A stretch of DNA of 64,000 nt from the human T2T-CHM13v2.0 reference genome, Homo sapiens, in assembly GCF_009914755.1 (NCBI RefSeq), contig NC_060932.1, one strand, 5' to 3'. The notes beneath the pieces were generated by a model. It did not search any database. It saw nothing but the letters and a program-made list of their open reading frames with translations, and was not told where the DNA came from. This document shows, one piece after another, positions 26,392-39,847 of the stretch (the first letter of the stretch is position 1; each line of letters opens with the position of its first letter). The position numbers and the translations under genes were made by a program.

Positions 26392-29333
26392 TTTCTCCCC
26401 TTTTCTTTTTTAAAATCTTGGAGAAAGCATTTTACAAGAAAATGAGTCTCTTTTCAGGTTTCATCTGATCTCTCATGACTAGGAGGGTTTTTTCCTAGAC
26501 GTGTAGGCCCCCAAAGCTCATTTTTAGCAGGTTGTTAAGTCTCATGTCCTATGAAGAGAAAATAGGGGGAGGAAGAGAGAAAAACAATAACAAACAAAAG
26601 GGCAATCCTAGAAACATTGAGATAGGCCACATTACTCTGAGGTCCATACATTAGTAGGCAGGTATGAAAGTGACTTATCTATGTAAATAAGTTGCTGTTA
26701 TTTTCTTTTAAAGTTCAGGTTGTCTGACTTCAGTTCCCAGGGCTTAATGTTTGACTTCAAATTAGGAAAAATGGGAAAAAAGGAAAAAAATTGAAAACAT
26801 TATTTTGAAGACTCGTAGCCAAGAAAAATTAGAATTTGGTTCAAAATGTAGAAAATAATAAAAATGGAAAAAACATTAGGCAAGACTAGAATCTAACAAT
26901 AGGTGTACTATAGTTTTGAAACACAATTTTTCTCTCTCTGGTTTCCCATTTTTACTAAAGACAGATCATGGCAGGACAGTTTTGCGTTATTATACTTGGC
27001 CTAATAATTTGTATACAGTGCAGCAAGAATAATTTGGTGGTTTTTTTTACATAGGTTTTAAATTGGCTTTGATGGAACTTTGTTCCATAAAAGGAATCTC
27101 ACATAAGACTTTTTAAAGCTGAAGCCAGCCATGGGTTTGTGCCATCAAATATCTATGAGTTGGGTGAATTTCCTCTTCTCTTGAGATTCCAAGATAAACC
27201 TGGGGCTTCTAGATCTGTCAATAAATGACTTTCTTTACTAACCACAGGTCAGAAACCCTGTACAGGGACTGTGTACACAAAATATGGGGCCAGTTTTTCC
27301 AAGGGCTTTATTGGCTCCATAAGTCTGATTCCTTAAAGGAAAGCACATCATTCCAGCCAAAGCCTTGGTAAAATAACCAGTTTCTCCAGTTGTGTCTTGT
27401 TACAAAAGAAAACAGGTTCTTATTGCACTTATGCAAATAACTGTATTGCCATAATTTGGGAATACTCACAAATAGTTTCCAGATTCTGGAGAAATCAGGT
27501 AGAGAGCAACAAATATGCTCCAAATTTTGTTCATGGGAGTATATTAAATTGTTAAAAGCTGTCAATAGCTCAAAAGAAAAGTTGTGAGACTCTGAAAAAT
27601 AAGACAAAGGATCAGCAAACATTTTAAGCAAAAAGTCAAAAAGATTAGTTTAGTCCATGTAGTTAATTCCTGTTCTGCTTGATATTCGTGAACTTTTTAG
27701 GTCTCCATTAATCCTGAAAGTTTCATCTCTATTCCGAAGTTACAGTCTCCAAAGTTATCAGAGACCTGCATTCAAGAGCACCTGTTGTATAGCTGATTAT
27801 AAAACCACCTTCTAAAAAGGACCAAAACTAGACAACAATGGTCCATGGGTGATGAAAAGTTTTAGGGCAACTGTAGTCAAAGACACAATTGACAAAAAAA
27901 TTTGTTGGCATGCAATAATTTTAACATAACAATTACTATTATTACTGATAATATACACTAAGTTATATCAGAATTATAGGAGTTTCCCATAATTTTGGAA
28001 CACATATCAATAACATAGTTATACCATATGCCCAAAGAAAACACAACACCATTTCATATTTGACAATGCTTCCTGTATAATTTTTGTACCAAATAAGCCA
28101 AATTATGTTTTTTTTTTTTTTTGGACTTTAGGGAACCTAATATCTTAAAGGATTGATTCGGTCAGAAAAAAAAACATAATTTATAATTTGATTTAGGAAA
28201 GCTTGTCAAATATCAAAGGTTTCAAATATTTGATATCACAAAATAGGATCACAGGTCATTGTAAAATAAGTCATTCATTTAACCAAAGTGATAACTCAAA
28301 GATTTCAAAAAAAAAAAGGTGAAAACTTTTATTTTTTGAGAGAGGAAAGTTAATTTTCCAAACAATATTAAAAACAGCATGAAGACAATCAAATTTGTTT
28401 TCCAAAATTTTATTAAAAATCTATAAAACTTTAATCTTGACCATAAGATATAGCTTACATAAGCCTTTTAAAACCTTTATAACCTTTGTTAAGGAATTGG
28501 TTAATGCTTCAAGAAAACCTTGATACTCACAGGGGCCCATATGCTGGTCTTGCATCAGTGTGTCTTTGATATTAATGATTAATTTATAGAGAAACTGAAC
28601 TTATGTTATCTTCCAAAATTGGCCCTTACAATCATATGTGCCCACCTCTTCCATGATAGTCCCCGGGCCTTGAGGAGTTGAATAGTTTTAATTTCTTCCC
28701 CTGTGTCTCAGGAATGCAGTTTATTTTGTTTGACATCTTCTACAGGGCCCGAAGGTGAGGCTTTAATTGCTCTCAGTGATGTAGCAGGACTTGATGTCCT
28801 TTTTAGATCCAGGAGTCAAAGCCCTGTAACTCAATGTCACAAGGACTTTAAAAGCACATACAGGAAGATACATGGGTGGAATAACCTTAAAATTTTTTTT
28901 TCTGTTTCTGTCTTCCTAAGCAAACCAAAACAATATGATAACTTGATCATATTAAAGTTTTGGGTTTTTTTTTTTCAATATAAATCCTCTTACTCTGACT
29001 TACACTGACTGTTCATGACATGCTCAGACTTTCTGGTTTGTCCTGAACATCCCTCTTTCTTAAACAACCAGTAGTTTTATTTTAGGACTAAATTTACCAT
29101 ACAAGATTCTCATATAAAATTTTTTCTCTTTCAGCTTTCTTACCGCAACAACAGTGAAAAAATACCTCTTTTATTTTCTGGTTCCTTTTACCTTGTTTTA
29201 TATATAACCTTTAAATAAGCTTTGAATTAGACAAAAGTTGTTCACCTTTTTTTAATAAGGGCACAGTTTTTTTTTATTTTTTTATTTTTAGCAAGAATGT
29301 TTTCCTACTATATATTTATTGGAAAATAACCAA

Positions 29334-29688
29334 TGTATGAGTCTGTTTTCATGCTGCTGATAAAGACATACCCAAGACTGGGCAATTTACAAAAGAAAGA
29401 GGTTCCACATGACTGGGGATGCCTCACAATCCTGGTGGAAGGCCAGGGGGAACAAGTCATGTCTTACATGGATAGTAGCAGCCAAAGAGAGAGAGCTTGT
29501 GCAGGGAAACTCCCATTTTTAAAGCCATCAGATCTCATGAGACTTATTCACTATCACGAGAACAGCACAGGAAAGAACAGTCCCCATGATGCAATTACAT
29601 CCCACCAGGTTCCTCCCATGACACATGGGAATTGTAGGACTTACAATTCAAGATGAGACTTGGGTGGGGACACAGCCAAACCATATCA
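29334..29688 (-). mobile_element. THE1 solo LTR nested in the MER4 internal region
   Basis: Minus strand TGATATGGTTTGGCTGTGTCCCCACCCAA...ACTCATACA; TSD ACCAA/CCCAA. Confidence 0.9.
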
Positions 29689-30927
29689 CCCAAATAATGA
29701 AATATCTATTTATTAATTTAATATAACTTTACATTCTAAATTATGATCAGTTTGTCTACAAGTATTTAGCCCATTACATTTACCTAATTATTTTATTTTA
29801 ATTGTTTACCAAATTATTTAGGAAAACTGTGAGAGTCATGATTTAAAGTTATAAAACTGCCATTGCATAATAACTGAAAGAGTGAAAAAAGGTTTGACCC
29901 AAATGACTCCATCTTGTTCTTAACCTCCAAGCTGTTCTTGTTCAATCCTGGGCATAGGCCAAACTAACTTTCAGGGAAACTTAGTTTACAGCTTAACTTT
30001 GAAACAAAGACTATAACAGTCCTTTCCCAAAGCAAACCTCCTTCTTTCCTGTGGACTAGACTGCCCAAAGCTACAAGATTAGAAATTTTGGTAATCTTAC
30101 TAAATTTAAGATGTGGCTATTTCCATTAAACCAATATCAATATCTTATTTATTAAAAATTTCAAAAGGAAAAATTATTCTGTTTTGGGCTGGGTTTATAG
30201 TTTCGTAAACCCTGTGCCAAAATTTGACACTTATAGTGTTTGGCAGGGATAAGTATGAAATTACTTGATTAATGACTGCCAACAAAAAAGTATACTGGCA
30301 ATTCTTAAGACATTTCTAATATTACTTTGTCAATAATTTTAAAGCTAGCTTATTTGTTAAAGATTTTACTTAAATTACATAAACTTGAAAAAGCATTTGA
30401 CTAGTCTTTTCCTTTTTAGTATCTGATTTAAGCACTTTTATTTTTAAGCAATTAATTAGAGCTCTTTTACATATTTTTAGTAGTGAAACATTGTGTACAC
30501 AACACATAAATAGATAGGCATGCTGATAGAAGTACATTTTACAGATTCATAAAAACCCTTTACTTCCATTCTTAGAATTTCAGATTCTTGATAACCTGTT
30601 TTTACAAACCTGGGCAGTTGTCAACTAAATAGCCTTAAATTTGCATGTTAAAAGAAGCAACTCAGGTGAAAGTCAAATACCAAAATTTACACTACAAGGT
30701 GCAGAGAGAAAAGTTTCCTATGTTAGAGGGAAATTAAAATGGATCTAATTGCCAATTAAACACAAAATTATAGAAATTATAAAGGCCTTTTAAAAATACA
30801 CACACACACACACAGATCCTATAGCTTTTACTTCAGAACTTTTAGCCATAAGATAATTACAAATTACCAGCTTGCAAAAAGAACTTGTTGGATCTAAACA
30901 ATGGTTTTTATCTTCATAGAAAAATAG

Positions 30928-31090
30928 GGCCAGGCACAGTGGCTCATGCCTGTAATCCCAGCATTTTGGGAGGTGGGCGGATCACGAGGTCAGGAGTTCG
31001 AGACCAGCCTGGCCAACATGGTGAAAACCTGTCTTTACTAAAAATACAAAAATTAGCTGTGTGTGGTGGTGCACACAAAATAAAAAGAGA
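30928..31090 (+). mobile_element. Alu missing most of its right arm
   Basis: Left arm, linker and ~20 nt of the right arm, then an A-rich tail; AGAAAAAT on both flanks. Confidence 0.85.
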
Positions 31091-31171
31091 AGAAAAATCA
31101 CAGCAGATTTAGAGCAGGCAGAAAAGAAAAAGTTGAGAAAATGAGGACTTAAAACTCTATAGTTTGCAAGT

Positions 31172-31592
31172 CGTGTGAAGAGACCACCAAACAGGCTTTG
31201 TGTGAGCAATAAAGCTTTTTAATCACCTGGGTGCAGGTGGGCTGAGTCCGAAAAAAGAGTCAGTGAAGGGAGATAGGGATGGGGCCGTTTTATAGGATTT
31301 GGGTGGTTAGTGGAAAATTACAGTCTAAGGGGGTTTTTCTCTTGCGGGCAGGCACAGGGGTCACCAGGTGCTCAGTGGGGGAGCTTCTGAGCCAGGAGAA
31401 GGAATTTCACAAGGTTAATTGCTCAGTTAAGGTGGGGCAGGAACAAATCACAATGGTGGAATGTCATCAGTTAAGGCAGGAACCAGCCATTTTTACTTCT
31501 TTTGTGATTCTTCACTTGCTTCAGGCCATCTGGATGCATTCATGCAGTTTACAAGGGATATGATGGCTTAGCTTGGGCTCAGAGGCCTGACA
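31172..31592 (-). mobile_element. HERV-H 3' LTR (last ~13 bp missing)
   Basis: Aligns with 37376-37801. Confidence 0.95.
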
Positions 31593-32543
31593 TACCTGTC
31601 TTCTTATATTAATATGACAAATAACATAAAATAGTGTTGAAGTGTTGGGGCAGTGAAAATTTTGGGGAGGTGGTATGGAGAGATAATGGGCGATGTTTCT
31701 CAGGGCTGCTTTGAGCAGGATTAGGGGCGGCATGGGAACCTAGAGTAGGACAGATTAAGTTGAAGGAAGATTTTGTGGTAATGGGTGATATTATGGGGTT
31801 GTTAGAAGGAGCATTTGTCATACAGAATGATTGGTGATGGCCTGGATATGGTTTTGGATGAATTAAGAAATGGAAGACACAAGGTCCGAATAACAGAAGG
31901 AGAAAAACAGCTATTAAAGGACTAAGAATGGGGAGGACCCAGGACATCCAATTAGAGAGTGCCCAAGGGGGTTCAGCATAATTACTTGCTTGGTTGGCAA
32001 GTTTTTAGGCTCTATCCTTGAGTTTTTTGTGTTGTCATATACCAGGCCATATTGATTTAGGTAAAAACAACCCTTCTTATTTAAAATATGCAGAGTCCCC
32101 TTTTTTTAGCAGTGAGTAAGTCAAGGCCTCCATGATTTTGGAGGAAAGAGAAATGTAAACCCAGAAATTGTTTGTTAAAGAAGGATTAGAAACGGTAGGA
32201 GAGAGTGAGATTGATAGTGTGGTGGAGATAGCTGGGGAGAGGTAGAGGGTGGCATAAGAACGGAACCAAGAATAAGAGTGAGTATAAAAGTAAAGAATAG
32301 GACTTTATCAGGGTGAAAGTATTGGAGGGTGCCCTGCCAGCAAAGATTATTTATTCACTTTAAGAGGGAGTTAAGAGTGTTGGTTTGGGGATAGCACCAG
32401 GAGATATCAGCTGTGATGGCTTGGAGAAACAGTGTAAACCGGCAGTATAAACAAGAGCAGGGCATTTATGAGTAGTTGAGAACAGTGAATAGGAGTATGA
32501 CTAGAAAGAAGATAGTAGGGATCATGAGCTTTTGGGGTGCAGT

Positions 32544-35500
32544 TCAAGTTGGGCTGGTGTCTGGAATGAGACTGGGGCCTAATAAAAAGGAGTATCCATA
32601 CAGGAGCTCAAATGGGCTGTACCCTGTAGCATCCCAAGGACAGGCTTCAATTCTGAGAAGTGCAAGAGGCAAAACTACTGTCCAGTCCTTTTTAAGTTGA
32701 AGGTTGAGCTTGGCGAGGTGTGTCTTTAAAAGACTATTAGTCCATTTTACCTTTCCTGAAGATTGAGGACAGTAAGGGGTATGAAGTTTCCACTGAATAC
32801 CAAGAGCCTGAGAAACTGCTTGGGTGATTTGACTAGTAAAGGCCAGTCCGTTATTGGACTGTATAGAGGTGGGAAGCCAAACCAAGGAATTATGTCTGAC
32901 AGAAGAGAAGAAATGACTGCAGTAGCCTTCTCAGACCCTGTGGGAAAGGCCTCTACCCATCTAGTGAAAATGTATACCCAGACCAAGAGGTATTTTAGTT
33001 TCCTGACTCGGGGTATGTGAGTAAAGTCAATTTGCCAGTCCTAGGCAAGGGCAAATCCCCGAACTTGATGTGTAGGGAAGGGAGGGGGCCTGCAAAATTC
33101 CTGAGGAGTAGTAGAATAGCAGATGGAACACTGAGAAGTGATTTTTTGAGGATAGATTTTTACTATGGAAAGGAAAAGAGAGGTTTTAAGAGGCGGGCTA
33201 GTGGCTTGTAACTTACGTGGAAGAGGTTATGAAATGACGACGGAATAGCATGGGCCTCTGAGGCTGGAAGGAGACATTTTCCTTGGTTCAACAACTATTT
33301 GCCTTGTGTGGGAAGAGATTGATAGGTGGAAGTTTCAGTGGGGGAGTAGGTGGGAATGACTGATGAGAAGGAGAAAAATTGGCCATGAAAGACAGAAGTT
33401 GGAACGCTAGCTGCTTTTTTAGCTACCTTATCAGCACAAGCATTGCTCTGAGCAATGGGATCTGATGCCTTTTGATGGCCCTTGCAGTGAATGACTTCAG
33501 CTTCCTTTGGAAGTAAAGTGGCCTTGAGAAGAGTTTTTATTAAAGAGGCATTAATGATGGAGGACCCTTATGTAGTAAGGAAACCTCTTTCTGCCCATAT
33601 AACAGAATGGTGGTCCAGGATATGGAAGGCATATTTAGAGTCAGTATAAATATTGATGCGTAGTCCCTTTGAAAGAGTGAGGGCTTGAGTTAAGGCAATG
33701 AGTTCAGCTTGCTGAGAGGAGTGGAGCAGGGGAGAGTGGTAGCCTCAATGATAGATGTGGAAGATACTACAGCATAGCCTGCCTTTGCTTGTGAGTGATG
33801 ATTAGGCCTAGTGGAACTGCCATCAATAAACCAAGTGTGATCAGGGTGAGGGGCAGGAAAGAAGGAAATATGGGGAAATGGAGTGAATGTCAGGTGGATC
33901 AGAGAGATACAGTCATGGAGGTCAGGTGGGGCATCCGGAATAATGTGGGAGGCCGAATTGAAGTCTGGGTCAGGAACAATGGTAATTGTGGGAGACTCAA
34001 CAAAGAGTGAGTATAACTGAAGGAGCTGGGGAGCAGAAAGTATATGCATCAGGTGTGAGGAAGTAAATAGATTTTGGAAGTTATGAGAACTGTAGAGAGT
34101 GAGTTGAGCATAGTTTGTGATTTTGAGGGCCTCTAAAAGTATTAGGGTGGCGGTAGCCCCTGCACAGGAACATCATGGCCAGCCTAAAATGGTAAGATCA
34201 AGTTGTTTAGACAAAAAGGCTACAGGGTGCAGTCCCAGTCCTTCCGTGAGAATTTTGACTGCACAGCCCTGCACTTCGGCTGTGTGTAATGAAAAGGGTT
34301 GGGATGAGTCAGGGAGAGCTAGTGTGGGAGCAGTCTCTAAAGCTGTCTTCAAGGAACGGAAAGAGGAGTGGGGAAAGGATTTAGGAACTATGGGGTTAGC
34401 TAAGTTTCCTTTTGTGAGTTTATATAATGGTTTTGTTAGGATGGCAAAAGCAGGTATCCAAAGGTGAAAGTATCCAACCATGCCTAGGAAGGAAATGAGT
34501 TATTTTGTAGAAGGTGTTGGGGTTTGGGAGATTAGCCAGACATGATCAGCAGGGAGAGCACGTGTGTTTTCATGAAGGACTATGCCAAGATAGGTAATGG
34601 ATGAGGAAGAAATTTGGGCTTCACCGAAGTAATGGGGGCTGTCTGTGAAGCCTTGCGGCAGTACAGCCCAGGTAATTTGCTGAGCCTGATGGGTGTCAGG
34701 GTCAGTCCAAGTGAAAGTGAAGAGAGGCTGGGATGAAGGGTGCAAAGGAATAGTAAAGAAAGCATGTTTGAGATCCAGAACAGAATAATGGGTTGTGGAG
34801 GGGTTGTGGAGGGAGATATTGAGGATAGAAGGGTATATGGGTTTGGCACCATGGGATGGATAGGGAAAACAATTTGGTCAATAAGGTGCAGATCCTGAAC
34901 TAACTTGTAAGACTTGTCTGATTTTTGGACAGGTAAAATGGGGGGATTGTAAGGAGAGTTTATAGGCTTTAAAAGGCCATGCTGTAACAGGTGAGTGATA
35001 ACAGGCTTTAATCTTTTTAAAGCCTGCTGTAGGATGGGATATTGGTGTTGAGCAGGGTAAGGATGATTAGGTTTGAATGGGATGGTAAGGGGTGCATGAT
35101 CGGTCACTAAGGAGGGAGTAGAGGTGTCCCATACTTGTGGATTAAGGTGGGGAGATACAAGGGGAGGATATGAAGGAGGCTTTGAACTGGGGAAAAGGGA
35201 GGCAATGAGGTGTGGCTGTAGCCTAGAAATAGTCAAGGAAGCAGATAATTTAGTTAAAATGTCTTGACCTAATAAGGGAGCTGGGCAGGTGAGGATAACT
35301 AAAAAGGAGTGCATAAAAGAATGTTGTCCAAGTTGGCATCAGAGTTGGGGAGTTTTAAGAGGTTTAGAAGCCTGGCCATCAATACCCACAACAGTTATGG
35401 AGGCAAAGGAAACAGGCCTTGAAGAGAAGGTAATGTGGAGTGTGTAGCCTTCATATTGATTAAGAAGGGGACAGACTTACCCTCCACTGCAAGAGTTACT
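32544..35500 (-). pseudogene. HERV-H pro-pol remnants (RT, RNase H, integrase), frameshifted
   Basis: ORF fragments YNPPILPVQK...LVQDL, TWAVLPQGFTDSPHYF, WFIDGSS, WVEAFPT, HTPYCPQSSGKV. Confidence 0.92.
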
Positions 35501-35548
35501 GAAAGTGTCTGTGATGGTCCAAGAGGCTTCTGAGGAGATCAGCCCGCG

Positions 35549-36500
35549 TCAGTCTTCAGCCGCTAAGCTGAGAAGATCTGGGAAGGAGTCAGTCAGAGAG
35601 CCTTGGGCCTGAGTTCCAGGGGCTCTGGGAGTGGCTGCTGGGCGAGTTGGACATTCTGATTTCCAGTGGGGTCCCGCATAGATGGGACATGGCTTAGAAG
35701 GAATCCTGGGCTGTGGGCATTCCTTGGCCCAGTGGCCAGACTTCTGGCACTTGAAGCAAGATCCTGATGGAGGAGGTCCTGTAGGAATGCTTGACCACTG
35801 TGGCTTAGGAATTTTGAAGTTCTTTTGTGCCAGAGATGTGGCTAGGGTTTCTCTCACAGTGGAGGCAAGGAATTGCAACTCAGAAATATGTTGCTACTTG
35901 GCTGCCTCTACTCTGTTATTGTACACCTTGAAGGCGAGGTTAATTAAATCCTGCTGTGGGGTTTGAGGACCGGAATCTAATTTTTGGAGCTTTATTTAAT
36001 GTCAGGAGTGGATTGGGTAATAAAATGCATATTGAGAATAAGACAGCCTTCTGACCCTCCAGGGTCTAGGGGTGTAAAGCCTCACAGGGTTGCGGCCAAA
36101 TGAGCCATGAACTGGGCTGGGTTTTTATATTTCATGAAAAAGAGCCTAAATGCTAACTGATTTGGGAGAGGTCGGATAAAGAAAAAGGAGCATTAACCTT
36201 GACTATGCCTTTAGCTCCAGCCACCTCTTTAAGAGGAAATTGTTGGGCAGGTGGGGGAGGGCTAGTCATGGAATGAAACTGTAAGCTGGACTGGGTGTGA
36301 GGAGGGGAGGTGATAGAGGGATTATAGGGTGGGAAAGCGGAGGCCGAGGAAGAATTGGAGCCTGATTCAGCCTGACGGTAAGCGACCTGAGGAGGAGCAG
36401 CCTGGGGAGGAGGGGAGAGGTCAGATGAGTCGGTAGAAAAGGAAGATTGAAAAGACTCAGTGACACATGGGGTTGGGACTGAGGGGACAGGCAGGAGGGA
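35549..36500 (-). pseudogene. HERV-H gag remnant
   Basis: Zinc knuckle CFKCQKSGHWAKEC plus a second degenerate knuckle CPIYAGPHWKSEC. Confidence 0.9.
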
Positions 36501-37342
36501 AAGAAGGAAGATTTGGGATTAGTTACATTGGGAACAGAGACTAGGGAGGGACCAATGTGTAAAAGAATGCCTGGACGTCAGGCACCTCAGACCTTTTGCC
36601 CATTTTATGACAAGAAGTATCTAGATCTTGTAGGATGGAGAAATTGAAAGTGCCATTTTCTAGCTATTTGGAACCATTGTCGGGTTTGTATTGGGGTCAA
36701 GCGGTCAAGAAGAAAATAGGTGTTTAGGTTTTAGGTCAAGTGTGAGTTGAAGAGCTTTTAAGTTCTTGAAAACACAGGCTAAGGGAGAAGAAGGAGGAAT
36801 GGAGGGTGGAAGGTTGCCTATAGTGAAGGAGACAAGCCCAGAGATGAGAGGGTAGAGACATGGGAGAAGGGGTGGGGGGTGCTTGCCCCCCAGGAAAGTG
36901 GTGCTTGCTACTAAGGGTGAAGGATCAAGGCAGGTGTCCCTGCAGTGATTAGACACCTCTGAAACGTAGGTAAATAATCAAGCAGGCCTCCCCGCAGTGA
37001 TTAAACACCAAGGGAAGACTGTCTTCCTGAGTCCGTGACTGGCGCCAGAGTTTTGGGTTCATGGATAAAACACATCTTCTCTGTCTCTACCAGAAAAGGA
37101 AAGGAGCTGAAATTAAAAGAAGGGAGAGATTGAAGGATGGTGCCAAGATTGAAAGGAGAAAGAGGTTGAGGGATAGTGAGAGAGGCTGGATAAGAGAATA
37201 AAAAGAGGCCACTTACCTGATTTAAAATTGGTGAGATGTTCCTTGGGCTGGTTGGTCTGAGGACCTGAGGTCACAGGTGCATCTTTCTCATGGAGCAAAG
37301 AGCAGGAGGACAGGGGATTGATCTCCCAAGGGAGGTCCCCCG

Positions 37343-37360
37343 ATCCAAGTCATGGCACCA
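37343..37360 (-). other. Primer binding site (tRNA-His type)
   Basis: TGGTGCCATGACTTGGAT immediately after the 5' LTR. Confidence 0.9.
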
Positions 37361-37362
37361 AA

Positions 37363-37801
37363 TGTCAAGAGCGTCCGTGTGAAGAGACCACCAAACAGGC
37401 TTTGTGTGAGTAATAAAGCTTTTTAATCACCTGGGTGCAGGCAGGCTGAGTCCGAAAAGAGAGTCAGTGAAGGGAGATGAGATAGGTGTGGGGCCGTTTT
37501 ATAGGATTTGGGTGGGTAGTGGAAAATTACAGTCTAAGGGGGTTGTTCTTTGGTGGGCAGAGTGGGGGGTCACCAGGTGCTCAGTGGGGGAGCTTCTGAG
37601 CCAGGAGAAGGAATTTCACAAGGTTAATTGCTCAGTTAAGGTGGGGCAGGAACAAATCACAATGGTGGAATGTCATCAGTTAAGGCAGGAACCAGCCATT
37701 TTTACTTCTTTTGTGATTCTTCACTTTCTTCAGGCCATCTGGATGCATTCGTGCAGGTCACAAGGGATATGATGGCTTAGCTTGGGCTCAGAGGCCTGAC
37801 A
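37363..37801 (-). mobile_element. HERV-H 5' LTR (LTR7-type)
   Basis: TG...CA termini, TATA-like CCTATAAAA and ATTAAA poly(A) signal on the minus strand. Confidence 0.95.
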
Positions 37802-37810
37802 CTTAGGGCT

Positions 37811-38116
37811 TTTGTTTTGTTTTGTTTTGTTTTTTGAGATGGAGTCTCACTCCTGTCACGCAGGCTGGAGTGCAACAGCGTGATCTCGGCTCACTGCAAC
37901 CTCCATCTCTGGGTTCAAGTGATTCTCCTTCCTCACCTCCTGAGTAGCTGGGATTACAGGCATGCACCACCATGCCCGGATAATTTTTGTATTTTTAGTA
38001 GAGATGGGATTTCGCCATGTTGGCCAGGCTGGTCTTGAACTCCTGACCTCAGGAGATCCACCCACCTCAGCCTCCCAAAGTGCTAGGATTACAGGGGTGA
38101 GCCACCACACCCAGCC
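37811..38116 (-). mobile_element. Alu about 10 bp outside the HERV-H 5' LTR
   Basis: (TTTTG)n tail and reverse-complement Alu; AGGGCT on both flanks. Confidence 0.93.
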
Positions 38117-38866
38117 AAGGGCTCTTTTTTCCTTAATGTAAATGTGCACAAAGACCATATTATTTTGGCAAGTAGAGGTGCCATAAAACCTACAGACTGC
38201 TCAAAAGGGGGTCATTCTCCTTGTTTTCTCATCATTCTTAGATTGTTTCCCATTTTTTTTCTTTCTTTTTTTTTTTTTTTAAGGGAGGAACTGAGCTATG
38301 GTCCATGGTTTTTGTGTGGTGGATCAACATGTGCTGCTTGTGGGCAGGACTCCACAGTGTGTCACCACTGAGTAGTTTCAACCCTTTTATATGTCTCAGT
38401 TTCTCCCTCCAGAGGTCTGTGACCTCAGAGAGGGCTCAAAACACCAGATGATTAGCCCTTACATGTGTTACCTAGATGAGCCATTTATAAAATTAATTTT
38501 TGTTGGGGATTCCCTTGCAGGGCTGCTGCACGTCATGGGGTGGTCAACCTCCCAGACACTCCCATGGGGCCCCCGGTCACCCAGGGAAGCCTTTCAGCTG
38601 GAAGGAGCAAAATGCCCCTTCTCTTCAGGGCTAAGAAAACTCAGTCTCTCATTAACATATCAAAACAACAGTTTAGTTCCTCATGCAAATGCACACAGAC
38701 AAACTCAATTAAGATTAAAAATTTGGGACAAAAAGCAATAGAGAAGACCTTTCAAATGCATCTCCAAACTAGAATTAGGATCCTTAAACAACAACTTTAA
38801 ATGGGAACAAACAACAAAGCCCCAACAACATGATCACTGAACCCTCTAATGGTAAGGAGAAATTCA

Positions 38867-39732
38867 TGTTACAGGAAAGGGGGCTAGATCCAGGCTCCAA
38901 GACAGGGTTCTTGGATCTCGTGCAGGAAAGAATTCAGGGTTAGTCCATAGAGTAACATAAAAGCAAGTTTATTAAGAAAATAAAGGAGTAGGCTGGGCGC
39001 AGTGGCTGACACCTGTAATCCCAGCACTCTGGAGGCCAAGGTGGGCAGATCACCTGAGGTCAAGAGTTTGAGACCAGCCTGGCCAATATGGTGAAACCCT
39101 GTCTCTACTAAAAATACAAAAATTAGCCAGGTGTAGTGGCACGTGCCTGTAGTCTCAGCTGCTCGGGAGGTTGAGGCAGGAGAATCGCTTGAACCAGGGA
39201 GGCAGAAATTGCATGGACCTGAGATCACACCGCTGCATTCTAGCCCAGGTGACAGAGTGAGACTCCATCTCAAAAAAAAAAAGGAAAAAAAAAAAGAAAG
39301 GAGTAGAAGAATGCCTACTCCACAGACAGAGCAGCCCTGAGGGCTGCTGGTTGCCCATTTTTATGGTTATTTCTTCATTATGTGCTAAACAAGGGGTGGA
39401 TTATTCATGCCTCTCCTTTTTAGATCATATAGGGTAACTTCCTTACATTGCCATGGCATTTACAAACTGTCATGGCACTGATGTGAGTGTAGCAGTGAGG
39501 ACGATCAGAGGTCACTTTTGTTACCATCTTGGTTTTGGTGGGATTTGACAAGCTTCTTTACTGCAAACTATTTTATCAGCAAGGCCTTTATGATCTGTCT
39601 TGTGCTGACCTCCTATCTCATCTTGTGACTTAGAATGCCCAACCATCTGGAAATCCAGCCCAATTGGTCTCAGCCTCATTTTACCCAGCCTCTACTCAAG
39701 ATGGAGTTGCTCTGGTTCAAATGCCTCTGACA
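38867..39732 (-). mobile_element. MER41A-like solo LTR split by an Alu
   Basis: Minus strand TGTCAGAGGCATTTGAACCAGAGCAACTCCATCTTG...CCTTTCCTGTAACA. Confidence 0.88.
38991..39295 (+). mobile_element. Alu nested in MER41
   Basis: Full dimer; TSD AAAGGAGTA. Confidence 0.95.
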
Positions 39733-39847
39733 TGTAGACCAGTTGGTTGTTAATCTTAACTTTAGCCAAGCCAAACCCTAATTCAGTTACTTATCTAGGA
39801 ATGGGTTTCAGGCAGAAGACTGCTCTCTACCATCCTAGAAGCAGGAA

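Larger units (their letters stand above)
31172..37801 (-). mobile_element. HERV-H provirus (~6.6 kb, env largely deleted) with two LTR7-type LTRs
   Basis: LTRs start TGTCAGGCCTCTGAGCCCAAGC; His-tRNA PBS; degenerate gag, pol and integrase ORFs; polypurine tract before the 3' LTR. Confidence 0.97.

Noticed and set aside
32544-35878. Functional HERV-H gag/pol proteins
   Set aside because: Multiple stops and frameshifts; the longest piece is 244 aa and drifts out of frame; the RT catalytic YxDD region is not visible
38867-39732. MER41 as an interferon-gamma/STAT1-inducible enhancer
   Set aside because: Resembles MER41A; I could not find the tandem TTCCGGGAA-type GAS motifs typical of MER41B, and the LTR is split by an Alu
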